A DNA stretch of 64,000 bases from Lingula anatina (lineage: Eukaryota; Animalia; Brachiopoda). The translations under genes and the position numbers were made by a program. How positions within the stretch are numbered: the stretch's first letter is position 1; the number at the start of each line of letters is the position of its first letter. Of the stretch, positions 36,001-48,240 are shown one piece after another. The notes below the pieces were generated by a model. That model made no database searches. It had not been told where the DNA came from and saw nothing but the letters and a program-made list of their open reading frames with translations. The stretch covers positions 11,258,644 to 11,322,643 of the forward strand of contig CM120643.1 in the NCBI GenBank assembly GCA_051362555.1, written 5' to 3'.

Positions 36001-38681
36001 TTTCTTCAATTTTGGCCAGGTAGGGATGAAAATTTTTTTTCTTCATTATAGTGTCAGGTAGGTGTGTTCGGTCATTTGTAGTAAGAATAAAGTGCTGGAA
36101 GAGTGGTGGTGTCAACATTAAGGAAGAAATAGAGCAAAAACTCTGTCTCCCCCCCCCCCCCCTCTCAGATTCTGTTCTCAGAGCTTATTTTTGGATCATC
36201 TTTAAAGCTAGAATTGGGGGCCTTGATGAAGTGACCCGGGCGCGTTTCCACATTTTTTATGAATGACAGGTGTGGTAGATTGATTTTCGTCACTTTTTGG
36301 AAAAATCGGAGACGGGTCGATTTTTGGTGATTTTGAGTGATTTTGAACAGTGCCGGCACTGTGAGATTTCTTCAATTTTGGCCAGGTAGGGATGAAAATT
36401 TTTTTTCTTCATTATAGTGTCAGGTAGGTGTGTTCGGTCATTTGTAGTAAGAATAAAGTGCTGGAAGAGTGGTGGTGTCAACATTAAGGAAGAAATAGAG
36501 CAAAAACTCTGTCTCCCCCCCCACCCCTCTCAGATTCTGTTCTCAGAGCTTATTTTTGGATCATCTTTAAAGCTAGAATTGGGGGCCTTGATGAAGTGAC
36601 CCGGGCGCGTTTCCACATTTTTTATGAATGACAGGTGTGGTAGATTGATTTTCGTCACTTTTTGGAAAAATCGGAGACGGGTCGATTTTTGGTGATTTTG
36701 AGTGATTTTGAACAGTGCCGGCACTGTGAGATTTCTTCAATTTTGGCCAGGTAGGGATGAAAATTTTTTTTCTTCATTATAGTGTCAGGTAGGTGTGTTC
36801 GGTCATTTGTAGTAAGAATAAAGTGCTGGAAGAGTGGTGGTGTCAACATTAAGGAAGAAATAGAGCAAAAACTCTGTCTCCCCCCCCCCCTCTCAGATTC
36901 TGTTCTCAGAGCTTATTTTTGGATCATCTTTAAAGCTAGAATTGGGGGCCTTGATGAAGTGACCCGGGCGCGTTTCCACATTTTTTATGAATGACAGGTG
37001 TGGTAGATTGATTTTCGTCACTTTTTGGAAAAATCGGAGACGGGTCGATTTTTGGTGATTTTGAGTGATTTTGAACAGTGCCGGCAATGTGAGATTTCTT
37101 CAATTTTGGCCAGGTAGGGATGAAAATTTTTTTTCTTCATTATAGTGTCAGGTAGGTGTGTTCGGTCATTTGTAGTAAGAATAAAGTGCTGGAAGAGTGG
37201 TGGTGTCAACATTAAGGAAGAAATAGAGCAAAAACTCTGTCTCCCCCCCCCCTCTCAGATTCTGTTCTCAGAGCTTATTTTTGGATCATCTTTAAAGCTA
37301 GAATTGGGGGCCTTGATGAAGTGACCCGGGCGCGTTTCCACATTTTTTATGAATGACAGGTGTGGTAGATTGATTTTCGTCACTTTTTGGAAAAATCGGA
37401 GACGGGTCGATTTTTGGTGATTTTGAGTGATTTTGAACAGTGCCGGCACTGTGAGATTTCTTCAATTTTGGCCAGGTAGGGATGAAATTTTTTTTTCTTC
37501 ATTATAGTGTCAGGTAGGTGTGTTCGGTCATTTGTAGTAAGAATAAAGTGCTGGAAGAATGGTGGTGTCAACATTAAGGAAGAAATAGAGCAAAAACTCT
37601 GTCTCCCCCCTCTCAGATTCTGTTCTCAGAGCTTATTTTTGGATCATCTTTAAAGCTAGAATTGGGGGCCTTGATGAAGTGACCCGGGCGCGTTTCCACA
37701 TTTTTTATGAATGATAGGTGTGGTAGATTGATTTTCGTCACTTTTTGGGAAAATCGGAGACGGGTTGATTTTTGGTGATTTTGAGTGATTTTGAACAGTG
37801 CCGGCACTGTGAGATTTCTTCAATTTTGGCCAGGTAGGGATGAAATTTTTTTTTCTTCATTATAGTGTCAGGTAGGTGTGTTCGGTCATTTGTAGTAAGA
37901 ATAAAGTGCTGGAAGAGTGGTGGTGTCAACATTAAGGAAGAAATAGAGCAAAAACTCTGTCTCCCCCCCCCCCTCTCAGATTCTGTTCTCAGAGCTTATT
38001 TTTGGATCAATTTTAAAGCTTGAATTGGGGGCCTTGATGAAGTGACCCGGGCGCGTTTCCACATTTTTTATGAATGACAGGTGTGGTAGATTGATTTTCG
38101 TCACTTTTTGGAAAAATCGGAGACGGGTCGATTTTTGGTGATTTTGAGTGATTTTGAACAGTGCCGGCACTGTGAGATTTCTTCAATTTTGGCCAGGTAG
38201 GGATGAAATTTTTTTTTCTTCATTATAGTGTCAGGTAGGTGTGTTCGGTCATTTGTAGTAAGAATAAAGTGCTGGAAGAGTGGTGGTGTCAACATTAAGG
38301 AAGAAATAGAGCAAAAACTCTCTCCCCCCCCCCCCTCTCAGATTCTGTTCTCAGAGCTTATTTTTGGATCATCTTTAAAGCTTGAATTGGGGGCCTTAAT
38401 GAAGTGACCCGGGCGCGTTTCCACATTTTTTATGAATGACAGGTGTGGTAGATTGATTTTCGTCACTTTTTGGAAAAATCGGAGACGGGTCGATTTTTGG
38501 TGATTTTGAGTGATTTTGAACAGTGCCGGCACTGTGAGATTTCTTCAATTTTGGCCAGGTAGGGATGAAATTTTTTTTTCTTCATTATAGTGTCAGGTAG
38601 GTATGTTCGGTTATTTGTGGTAAGAATAAAGTGCTGGAAGAGTGGTGGTGTCAACATTATGGAAGAAATAGAGCAAAAACT
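1..38681. repeat. Tandem satellite array, ~364-bp monomer (about 100 full-length plus 8 short ~272-bp monomers), runs off the left edge
   Basis: The same unit (ttcttcattatagtgtcaggtaggtgtg...ctctgtctc(C)n tctcagattctg...acagtgccggcactgt...ggccaggtagggatgaaaa) recurs every ~358-370 bp. Length differences come mostly from the poly-C tract. The array ends at ...gagcaaaaact (38681). Confidence 0.99.
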
Positions 38682-40060
38682 ATTTATACAGATTCCTGCT
38701 ATATTATTATTTTATCTTTAATTTATCGAATTTTATGATGCCTTTCCTATATACATAGTCCTTTTTAAAAATAATTACCGTATCAGTTTTTTAAAACTTA
38801 GAACAAAAGTTTTCAGTTTGTCTGTCTTTTTTATTCCAGCAATTTCAGCAGCCATTACTGTTCCCGAGACACCTTGCCTGTGCTATCAAACGAATCCTGT
38901 TACTTACAGCACAGGAGCACCAAAGAGTTTGAAGAGTGCTTTACAAGTCATCAGTCAAATTAAAAAGAAATGGTCTTAGCTTTGCAAACCGGTGTCAAAG
39001 GGTCAAATCAAGTATTCCAAGCCTTCCAAGGACTAGTATGATGTAAGTCAGTATGGACAATATATTAAAGGTCCAAAAGCATCAAAGTCTTTAAGGTACT
39101 CGCCCCACGCCGCAGCATGTCATCGAAGAAATGACCCCTTGATGATAGGGGTATGGATTGCAAGTGTTCTGGAGGCTCCAAGACAACTGTCTATAGCAGG
39201 TTCTGGTACTTGCATAGTGGGTCTTCAAAACCTTGGTATAGAAAGTACAAACCAGCAGCTTAATCTGGAAGTTAAAAAGAAAAAACAGCCATAAATCCAT
39301 GCATTAAAATCATGTTGAAATCTCTTTTTGGAAATTAGAAAAACGACTATTGCAATTATTAGAGAAGGCTTAATTAACTTTGAGTGTGCATTTTTTATGA
39401 ACTGATACTTCCTTGTGAACAAAAACTCTGAAAAGATTTCCACATTTTGTATTTTGGCAATAATGAGAAATGAATGAACATTCATTGATTAATTATTATC
39501 ATTATTTATTTTTTTTTTTTTGCTATTTCCACTTGAGGGTGCTTACGCAAATTTGGCAGATTTCCCAAGTTTTGGGTTAAAAGCACAATGTTGTTATTTT
39601 GGGTCTTTATGAGGTAATGTGATTTTGTCAGCATATTAGTTAAATGAACAACTTTGTCTGGATGCCCCACTCCTGCCTCAAATGAGATTTTAAAAGCAAA
39701 CATCAATATCTATAAAGACAGGTTTTAATGCTTATTTTGAACACATTTCACATAAATCACATTTCACATGATGATCTGGGCTGATTTTGTCAAAGTTAAA
39801 GAAACCCCATTTTGAACACTGATGACAATTTAAGTAAAACCATGTTACTCATGGCTCTCAATCTTACAGAAAAGGTAAATTGGACTGAAATACAGCTTGA
39901 GTTAGAAAACTGAACTGATTGCATTCTTTTTCTGAGAGTTATTTATTTATTTAATTATCATCATTATTATTATTTATTATTATTATTATTTTCAAAATAT
40001 TTTTTTCACATATTAGCATTTTCTTCGTGAGACTTGGAACTCCCACGGGATGAAATTCCA

Positions 40061-40350
40061 GCTCCCACTCTCAAGCCCCTGGGGAGCTTTTTGAAATAAT
40101 ATAAAGATGAAATTTGGGTCTTTTTAAAATAATTAAAATAATGATGTCAGGAAGGTGTGTTTTGTTTTTTCTAGCCATCCACAGGTAAATTGTTTTTTTT
40201 TTTTTTAATATTTCTTGTGAATTAAAAAAATATTTTTCCATCCCCCTCCCCAACTTCAAACCCCTGAGGAGCTTTTTGAAGTACTATAAAGATGCAATTT
40301 GGGGATTTAATGATGAGATGTTGATATGTTTAGACAATTATTGTGAATGA
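40061..40350 (+). repeat. Diverged relic related to the flanking satellite, ~1.5 units with ~185-bp period
   Basis: cccctggggagctttttgaaataatataaagatgaaatttggg (40076) recurs as cccctgaggagctttttgaagtactataaagatgcaatttgggg (40261). Both resemble satellite gagcttatttttggatcatctttaaagctagaattggggg. atgtcaggaaggtgtgtt (~40144) matches satellite gtgtcaggtaggtgtgtt. The relic ends ...ttgtgaatga, like satellite ...ttatgaatga. Confidence 0.7.
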
Positions 40351-40983
40351 TCCCTTTCCGTCTCAGCACTGATACTCCTCCACACCATTACTCCCTCGCA
40401 CCGATAGGCCTATACTACCCCTTACACTCCATCGACCTCACCCGCATCTTAAAGCTCCTGCCACGATACTCTCTCACAGCCTTTGCAATTGGTTAAAACT
40501 GCTACCAACAAAACACAATGATTGATCTAAAAACTCTCGAAATACTATTTTTCCGAAAGTGCACCACCCTCTTGGGACCCAAAAGTGACACATTTCAGTA
40601 GAAATATTGTGGAAAAATAAGGGAATTACTAATGTTGGTCTGCTTAGTAACAAAGTACATAGTCGATCTAATATGTATGCAGCTCGGCTTTGTGATTATT
40701 AAGAAATATCTGTATACTTCACTTCGTTCTTCAACAGTGGTTACTGTATACAATATGTGCATCTTCTTCTTGATTTGTTTATTAATTATTTTACTAAAAT
40801 TATGTTTTTAACAGAAGATAGCAAAGACGACATAATCTTTTCTTCAGGGGCCACTCTATTCGTAAAAGAAATTGAAACAACAACAACAAAAAAAACATTG
40901 TTTAAGCGAGAAATTGCCGCCTTTGTCCTCCTGGAAATGTGAGATTCTACAATTTACGCTGTCCTTGGGCGATTGTAGGAACT

Positions 40984-41029
40984 ACTCAGTGGTTCAGTGA
41001 CTGAACACTCAGTGGTTCAGTGACTGAAC
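40984..41029. repeat. Exact 23-bp tandem duplication, each copy containing a 7-bp inverted repeat
   Basis: actcagtggttcagtgactgaac occurs twice; gttcagt-g-actgaac is self-complementary. Confidence 0.9.
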
Positions 41030-41218
41030 ACCTACAGTATAATGCGCTTAAATTACTGTTTTTTCTTTACGGTTCTGTTTGTAATAGAAATCTAGGACAG
41101 AAAAAATTACAACTTGAATGTAACATCATAAATCCTTAAAAATAGATGACAAATCCGATTGTGTTTATTGCCAGTATGCAGCAAGATCGTTATTAAGAAA
41201 TCAATAACGAACAGCTCT

Positions 41219-41240
41219 CAGGGGCGAATCCAGGATTTCG
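41219..41240 (+). mobile_element. Isolated 5' end of a GGGGCGGATCCAGG-type MITE
   Basis: caggggcgaatccaggatttcg matches the left termini at 42708 and 46304. No matching right end is seen nearby. Confidence 0.45.
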
Positions 41241-42144
41241 AAGACTAGGTGGTTAGTTTTTATTGACCCCGCTTCTACGTGGACGGAACGGTTCATTTTT
41301 AACATTGAATAAATTAATTGAATTAATATTCATTAAAATTAAATCAAATAAAATAACGATGCATGATGATTAGTAATGCAAGATTTATGCCGCAAAGTCG
41401 CTTGTCAGACTACATCTAAGATGATCTCACGACATACTCGGGTATGGCTGTTTAGATGTAGGGGGCATTATTTGAAGGCAGCTGAAGGAAAAAATCGAAA
41501 GGAGTTCGATGGCATTTAGCATTACATGGTCCATTTCTCAGTAAAGAATACTAAATAAAGAAATTATACATACTTCAGGATGGCTCACTGCGGTTTTCGT
41601 CCACACATAGGCAACCAGTAATTCGGACTCTACTAGCGATAATGTAAACACACCTTGAATGCCCATTTATATATTTGCTTTTCTAGTTAAACTTAGCAAT
41701 GTGTATTAATTTTGTTCGAAAAAAAAGCATTCCAGTGTAATTTGCGACCGCGTCCATGTGCACCAATGCAGGTCTATTCTATTTATGGAGATGGTCACAT
41801 AATCAGCAAAACGGAAACTTAACTGGTACATGTACAAGTTTCGAAATAAAATGTTTGTCAAACCTTTATAATATCTAGAGCTTTTGTTGTTTGAAACATG
41901 TTTAACTAAAATGTAAGAAAAACGAAAAAAGTAAGCAGCAAGCTGGTAGGCAGTAAGTGAAAGCCTGGTCTGAACACTGAATTTCTAGGTAACCATGTAT
42001 TTTTCACACCCCCTAATTTCATTTCCACAACGATCCGTGAATGAGGTTAAAAAGCAATAACATACTTGTGTGACAGGACAAAATGCTTTGTTTATTACGC
42101 CACTTTATCTTGTCAAATGAAGCATGAATTTGAAAAACCATGAA

Positions 42145-42500
42145 AACTAGAGGATCAGAGAGGTGATACCGCCTGAGGGTATTGTACCACCAGCTGGAGT
42201 AAGCTCATTCGTATAGAAAAGTGAAAAAAGGGACACCACCTCCAGTGTTGTGCTTGACAAGCTCTACATGCAGTAAGCAAAAGTTCTAAATAGTTTTGTT
42301 GAAAATTACCATTTAAAACAAAATCATGAGGAAAAGTAAAAGTTTAAATTCAAATTTGTGAAGTGCAGTTCATGGCAAAAAGTAGGTCAAAGCTCAATTT
42401 CAAGATCACAGATTGTCAGCATATGACTGCCTATTCAAGTTCAATAGTGATTATGGGCATATCTCTGCTAGTTTTGGAGATAGAAAAGTTGCAAAGTTGC
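42145..42500. mobile_element. Possible Helentron/HINE-like non-autonomous element remnant
   Basis: Begins aactagag, like the element end at 53285. Contains aaaagtaggtcaaa...caagatcac and atatctctgctagttttggagata, which resemble internal repeats I recall from mollusc Helentron-associated elements. Recalled similarity only; boundaries approximate. Confidence 0.3.
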
Positions 42501-42707
42501 GCGGCTCATTATAAAATCGCCACCTTTTAAAATTTCCAGTTGCACTAAGTGCACGTGGTTTGCAGATTAATTTTAGCCATTAAGAGCGTTAGATTGAAAC
42601 CTTTTGCCGCTACAAATACAACAACTTGATTGATATCTTAGGCGATTATCAAAAACAGACAATAGCAAGAATCACTTACCTGCTGTAGGTTACAAGGGCG
42701 ACCAACC

Positions 42708-42921
42708 CAGGGGCGGGACCAGGATTATTTGAAGGGGGGTCCACGGATGCAAAACCGACCCTTATCTTAGAGGGCGAACGGTGCTATTTGGTACTTTTTA
42801 GAACTATGATTCGGCTAGAGAAAATACTTATTTCATAAGGGGACCATCGGTGTGATTATTTTTAGAAACTGAAGGGGAGGAGGTCAGGACCCCCTGACCC
42901 CCCCCTCCCAATCCGCCACTG
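42708..42921 (+). mobile_element. MITE with imperfect TIRs (CAGGGGCGGG... / ...ATCCGCCACTG)
   Basis: Left end caggggcgggaccaggatt and right end aatccgccactg are approximate reverse complements. Internal gaaggggaggaggtcaggacccc is shared with the copy at 46304-46576. No clean TSD. Confidence 0.65.
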
Positions 42922-43199
42922 CAACTACCTGTACCAATGGACCTCGGTGGACACAGGTTAATTACATATCTGGCATTTGTGTCATAGTTTGTGCATTTAA
43001 GCTTTAAACTTAAGTTTTATAAATATTAAAGTACCTACCCTTTAACGCGAAGTAAGAATCACGGTCAGCCACCTTTGTTTATGAGACAGTAATCAGTGTT
43101 ACGCCGACGACCATCACCTGATCTATTGAATTAAACGAGTGGAGTAGTAACGAACCCTTGGAACGAATTTGAGAAATAAGCAAACCTGACTTTATCGAG

Positions 43200-43311
43200 T
43201 GTAGGGGAGTTCGATTTTCTAAAAAAAATGTACATTATATTTATAAAAATTCAGTCGGGGTCGAAACTCCCCCCCCCCCCGCCCCCACCGACCCTCCTAA
43301 ATCCACCACTG
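43200..43311 (+). mobile_element. 3' fragment of the same MITE type
   Basis: A C-rich tract followed by aatccaccactg resembles the right end at 42910-42921. Start coordinate approximate. Confidence 0.4.
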
Positions 43312-43542
43312 GCACAAATCTTTTGTCCTGTACCACCTTAACTGCGTCACGTCCAGCTCGATGTAGCGAGTCAATAGAAATATAATTTCAATCGGTTGAC
43401 GAGAGGAATTAAAGTGAAATTAATTTCTCTCTGGTTATGACACGCCAGAAGAGGGCGGGATTGATGTAGGGGAGTTTTCGTGTCATTTAGGCGATTGACA
43501 CGGTACTGTTAACACGCTTATGATTACGACTCCGTAGACGAC

Positions 43543-44064
43543 ATGGTTGATGAGTCCAGTGGAGGCGAACACTTTACCTTGGTTGATGTAATGAAAAAAA
43601 TGGAAAGTAAAAAGAAAGAGACGAAAGACTATTTCGACCATAGACTGTCTACATTTAATGCCGAAGCCGGTAAAAACTGAAAGTCGACAATATTTATCTT
43701 GGAAAATAGAAGGTAATCACCAGCAATTTGACTCAACAGTATTTGAAAATAAGATTATTGTGGTGAACAAACTGACAGTGCCTTACAGTCTTGGCAAGAG
43801 AAACAAACTTATCAGAATTGCTGACACTTTCGACACTGTTAAGGAACATACTGTTAATCCTCTTGCTTGTGATTCTGAGAGCGAGAGAGCTACAAAGAAA
43901 ATAAAAGAAAACAAAAAGGGAGCCAAAAAAATAAGGTTATATCAGCAGACCGACCGATAGGTGTGGTGGGCGATACTTCTCAGCGGAGAAGTCTTTATCG
44001 CAGCAGCGGGTCGTGACTTTGCTTAGCTTGTTGAGGAAAGGGCCATTTCATGCTTGAGTGACCA
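43543..44064 (+). pseudogene. DIRS gag-like ORF1 pseudogene
   Basis: ATG at 43543, then a frameshift into ORF 43658-43960 with RNKLIRIAD and LACDSE motifs, then a zinc-knuckle remnant with in-frame stops. Confidence 0.7.
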
Positions 44065-44239
44065 ACTTACAGAGGGGAAAGTTATTCTACCAGAGTCCAA
44101 CCCCAGAGATAAGGGAACATCTGGAATGGGATAGAAGGCGGAAGCATTGAAAAATAGATAAGTACCCGGTACATGTATGAGTGCGTTAGTTTCAATCAAG
44201 AGTTGCATAATTATGAACATGAGCAAAATCAGAAATTCA

Positions 44240-45720
44240 TACCCGTGAAAAGTAGGTTAAGAACAATTTAAGTTTTTGGGAAGAAGTAGGGTATTCATTT
44301 TTTATTCTAGACTTGATAAAAATGGTTATAAATTTCCGTTTATAGCAACACCCTGTGGGATGAGGAAAGATAACAGCTTTCACCATTGAAAAATAAGTTT
44401 TTTGTTAAAAAGCTATTCTTGAATTGAAAAAGATGCGTTTGATTAAAAGGTGTAGCAAACAACCAATTGTTGATAACCCTTAAACAGAAGCAGTGCATAG
44501 CAGTGAAAAAATAGATTGATTTTAGATGTACGAGAAGTAAACAAACATGTCTGTAAGCAGTCTGGTAGTTACGGACATTTGAGAACGGCTCTTATGTTTA
44601 TGAAACTGTGTGGTTGGTTGATTAAATTTGATTCAGCTAATCAACATCTAGATATCTATTATCCTCATACGGATTATTGAGGTTTTTCATGGAAAATTCA
44701 AGATCAGCAGATTTATTTTTGATTCTTAGTTCTTCCATTTGGGTTATCATTAGCACTTAATATTTTTTTCAAAATTGACTTGGCAATTAATCAAAGAATG
44801 GTTCGATGTAATTGGATGACGGTCTGTGGTACTGCAGTAACATAGATAGATTGGAGCATCAGGGTGCTGAGATCAAAGATGATATTGCTAAGTCGGGTTT
44901 TATGTAAATATATGAGAATACTATTTGGTCGTAGGTACAGAGTCTGGCATTTATAGGCATCGAAATAGATATTAGTATTGGGGAAATCAAAGTTCTTGAT
45001 ATTAGATTAGCAAGTGCTAAGAGATCTGACATTATATTCGCACGAAAGTGAGCAGAGGTCTGGCTATGTCGGTCGGATTATACTATGCCTCATGTGTTGG
45101 GAAGTGTAACGCAACTAATGACAAATTATATTAGCATGGTTATTTCAAGTGCTTTTTCTTAGAATCAGAAAATGTGTGTGAAAGCATGCAGTCAAATTAG
45201 ACCTTGGTGTAGTAAATCAGAATTTTACAGTTTTCACCTCAGTGCAATAAGGTAGTTTATTCTGATGCTAGTAGTACTGGGTTTGGAGGACATTGTGTGG
45301 AGACACCTAAAAGGGTGTGTTGCGGGGAATGGTCAGCTGACGAAGCGACGGAGAGCTCTACTTACAGAGAACTGATAGCTGTTTTCAGGGTCCTGTTCTC
45401 CATGGCAAACACGTTGAGTGTTTTGAGATTGAAGTGGTTTTCTGATAGCAAAGATGTTGTAAACATTAAAGAAAAAAGAAGCATGAGGAGTAAATTACAA
45501 CCTATTATTTTAGAAATGAAAGGATACTGAGAGAAGAGAATACCCATGCAGATTATATAAGTAGAAGTGTGGATGTTGACAATTGGGGTATTTCTAAAGA
45601 ATTATTCTCACATTTTGATAAGATATGGGGTCCTCATGAAGTGGATTGGTTTACGTCCTGCTACAATGCTTAAGTACATATTTTTACTCTAGATTTTAGA
45701 ATTCAGGAACAGTGAATGGG
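44240..45720 (+). pseudogene. DIRS pol (RT/RNase H) pseudogene
   Basis: LPFGL, LDDG, SDASSTG, WSADEATESSTYREL and WFSDS occur in the expected order but are broken across frames. Confidence 0.85.
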
Positions 45721-46303
45721 ACATGCGTCATTTACGGATCTATCCTGGTCCTCAGATCAAATTCAGTCTCTTATTTCTACCAATGAGTTACAACAGACTC
45801 CTTGTTTCTATATTGTTTCCGACAGACTGTTCTGGTCCTTCACCTGTAAATATCCATCATGACGTAATCAAATGTGGCACCGAAACGTGCCCTTGGCTGA
45901 CTCTGTTATGGTCTCAAAATTTTTGAAGCTTTAAGCTTTTAGATGCTACCTAGTTTCTTATTGAAAAGTCGAGATATAGAGGTGGCAATTGGCTTTTGAT
46001 AAATCGGGTTAAATCGTATTTATGCCCAGTAAAAGTTCTTGAAAATATTTAGATTTCATTGGTAGGCCTCGATCCTAGCGACAGCTTTTCAAATTTACAT
46101 GGCCTATTTTAAACATAATATCGTTGAGTTACAATGACAGTTATCTATGAAAATTGTATAACGACGAGGGGGAGTATCGGTGCGCGTACAACAGTAATTT
46201 ATTAATACATTTTACAGTATTATGGAATATACATGTATATTAGCGCCCGCGGTCTTATTGATCAATTAATGTGTGAATGAATAAGTCAAATCCACATGTA
46301 CAT

Positions 46304-46576
46304 CTGGGGCGGATCCAGGATTTTTTGGAAGGGTGGTGGTGTTTTTTTTACGGATTGACAAGGCCTCGGAGTGCAAGGCCGACCCTCACCCCTTTGGAGT
46401 TATGTTTGGGGCACGCTCGAGGGCCACGAAAAAGGGTGTTTTAGAGGGAAAATATCTCCATTTGATACGGTTTATAACTATTATTCAGCTATAGATTTTG
46501 GGTGTAATTTTTTATCAGAAATCGAAGGGAGGAGGGGGTCTGGATCCCCCCTGACACCCCCTCTTTATCCGCCATG
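46304..46576 (+). mobile_element. MITE (CTGGGGCGGATCCAGG...ATCCGCC), possibly hAT-derived
   Basis: The termini are imperfect inverted repeats. The 8-mer atgtacat occurs at 46296-46303 and 46574-46581, a possible 8-bp TSD, although it is self-palindromic and overlaps the right end. Internal similarity to 42708-42921. Confidence 0.65.
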
Positions 46577-48240
46577 TACATGTATTAGACCGTGAACATT
46601 CGTGAACAGTTTCAACCACAGTCCCTCGCCTGAAATGAGCCATGCCTGTCTGTAATTTGCATAACAGTTACTTGCTCATCGTAGTGCGAGCTGTATTTCC
46701 GAATGCTCAGTAGGCAGTAGGACACAGCTAGGTGAAGACACAATGTTCAACGTGCGGGTGCAGTCGCAACGCAGTCGTATGAGGCGTAGAAGCAAATGCA
46801 TGTTTCGTAAGTAGCACTTTTTCTTCAGTATCGTATGTCAGTTGATAGAAAGAGAGTAGAAAAATGCAAAGAAATTTGCGACGAGTATTTACGGGTATGT
46901 TACTACTCTTTGTTGTCGCTGTCGCCTGTCGTTTCTGTTATGCCACTCAAAATATTATTTAGCAAATTAGTAAATGGGCATATTACCACAAAGATCACGG
47001 ACATATTTACATGATGGTACCGTACTTGTCACAGTTCCGAGCTTTTGATCCTAAGACAAGCGTGCCCCATGAACGATAGTCAGTTTTAGTAGGTTTGTTA
47101 ATTTTATTATACATGTACCTGTAAAATGCTTGTAAGCAGTGTTGAAACACGGGGAAATGATTTATTCTAAAGCGAAATATGGTTCCCAAACGCGTGATGC
47201 AAAGCGATTTTAGATATTACAACTTTATATAGTAGGTAAAATAAATAAATAGTGATAACCTACACAAACTAGAGGAGTGTTTTCAATATTTTTTTTTTCA
47301 AAGCAAGATATCTGAAATATCTTTATTACTAACTTCAGGTCTTAAATGTGGCGTTAGGCAACATAGAATCGATTGCTTTTTTGGGGTGCTATCTGAGCCT
47401 GAACTATGGACAAGTCAGATATTGTTAACATTACCTTCTTATTTCAGAAGTCCACTGAGATACTGAGAACTGCACGGCACCTGGCTGCTAGCAACCAAGC
47501 CTGTCATTCACCCTCTGGAACCCTACGCACATCCATGCATCTTTTGTTTTAAAATTGAATAAATACGTTTGTCATTCCTTGTTTTCTTATTCACTTCCAT
47601 ATGAAATGATGATAAAATATTAATAATAATAATAATAGAGGGTTAGGGGTAAAATTGTAAAGATATTATTGTTTGAGCACTTTCAAATTAAATCTGCTAA
47701 AACTGATCTGTAAGCATTGTGTTTGGGATTGATGATTTCTCCAGTAACAGAGGATGTCGTAAATCGAAAGGATTAAAAGTTTTGTTAATATGCCCAGTAT
47801 TTTGTAAATAATTGAGAGCACTTTAAGAATACATCTACAGGATTTCCAACAGCCCACATTTATAAATACAATTTGTATGAATTTACGATATTGCTTTTTT
47901 AAAAATCTGTCCTACATTTTTTTATAGTGAGACGGGTTTTTTAATATCTATTTATAAATTAGTTCATCCTCCCAGATAAAATTTTCTTAATTTAATATAA
48001 GTCCATATTCTAAGGTTTTTGGTTTGCTAGAGAAAATTGTTTCAAATTTCACGACCTTATCATCAGACGAACACTTCAATTTTAAATTAAAACGGAAATA
48101 TAAGAGATCTTGACACACTTTTGAAATGGGAACAATGAAATTTGCTCCTCCACCCAAAACTTAGAACTGCATATTCTGATATGTTTGAAAATGTCTCATT
48201 AAAATCATAATTAAAATAAATTGATCCTTTGATATAAAGA

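Larger units (their letters stand above)
43543..46070 (+). mobile_element. Degenerate DIRS-type (tyrosine recombinase) retrotransposon: gag - RT - RNase H - methyltransferase-like region - YR fragment
   Basis: Gag-like motif KRNKLIRIADT...NPLACDSESE in ORF 43658-43960, and a broken CX2CX4HX4C knuckle at 44020-44061 (CLAC*GKGHFMLE*). RT motifs LILDVREVN (~44517), LVLPFGLS (~44726) and LDDG (44812). RNase H motifs YSDASSTGFGG (45258) and SSTYRELIAV. WGPHEVDWF (45626) lies where DIRS elements carry the MT-like region. YR-like IEKS..YRGGNW...LCPVKVLE at ~45960-46045. Many stops, frameshifts and internal deletions. Confidence 0.88.

Noticed and set aside
18-38657. Hundreds of repeated 60-111 aa ORFs (MSGRCVRS..., MPALFKIT..., MLTPPLFQ...) as a tandem gene family
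   Set aside because: They overlap on both strands, mostly lack true ATG starts, are freely frameshifted by the variable poly-C tract, and resemble no known domain. They are translations of the satellite.
1-38681. CRISPR array, or a tandem 5S rRNA/tRNA/snRNA gene cluster
   Set aside because: There are no unique spacers, and the monomer shows no recognisable 5S, tRNA or snRNA sequence. A covariance-model search was not possible here.
39091-39300. YRQLSW segment as a Kolobok accessory (P2X7-like) protein fragment
   Set aside because: Only a few residues resemble the recalled motif, and the surrounding conserved positions are absent.
39768-39822. C/D-box snoRNA candidate (atgatga...ctga)
   Set aside because: Short, with almost no terminal stem, no recognisable rRNA guide and no host intron context.
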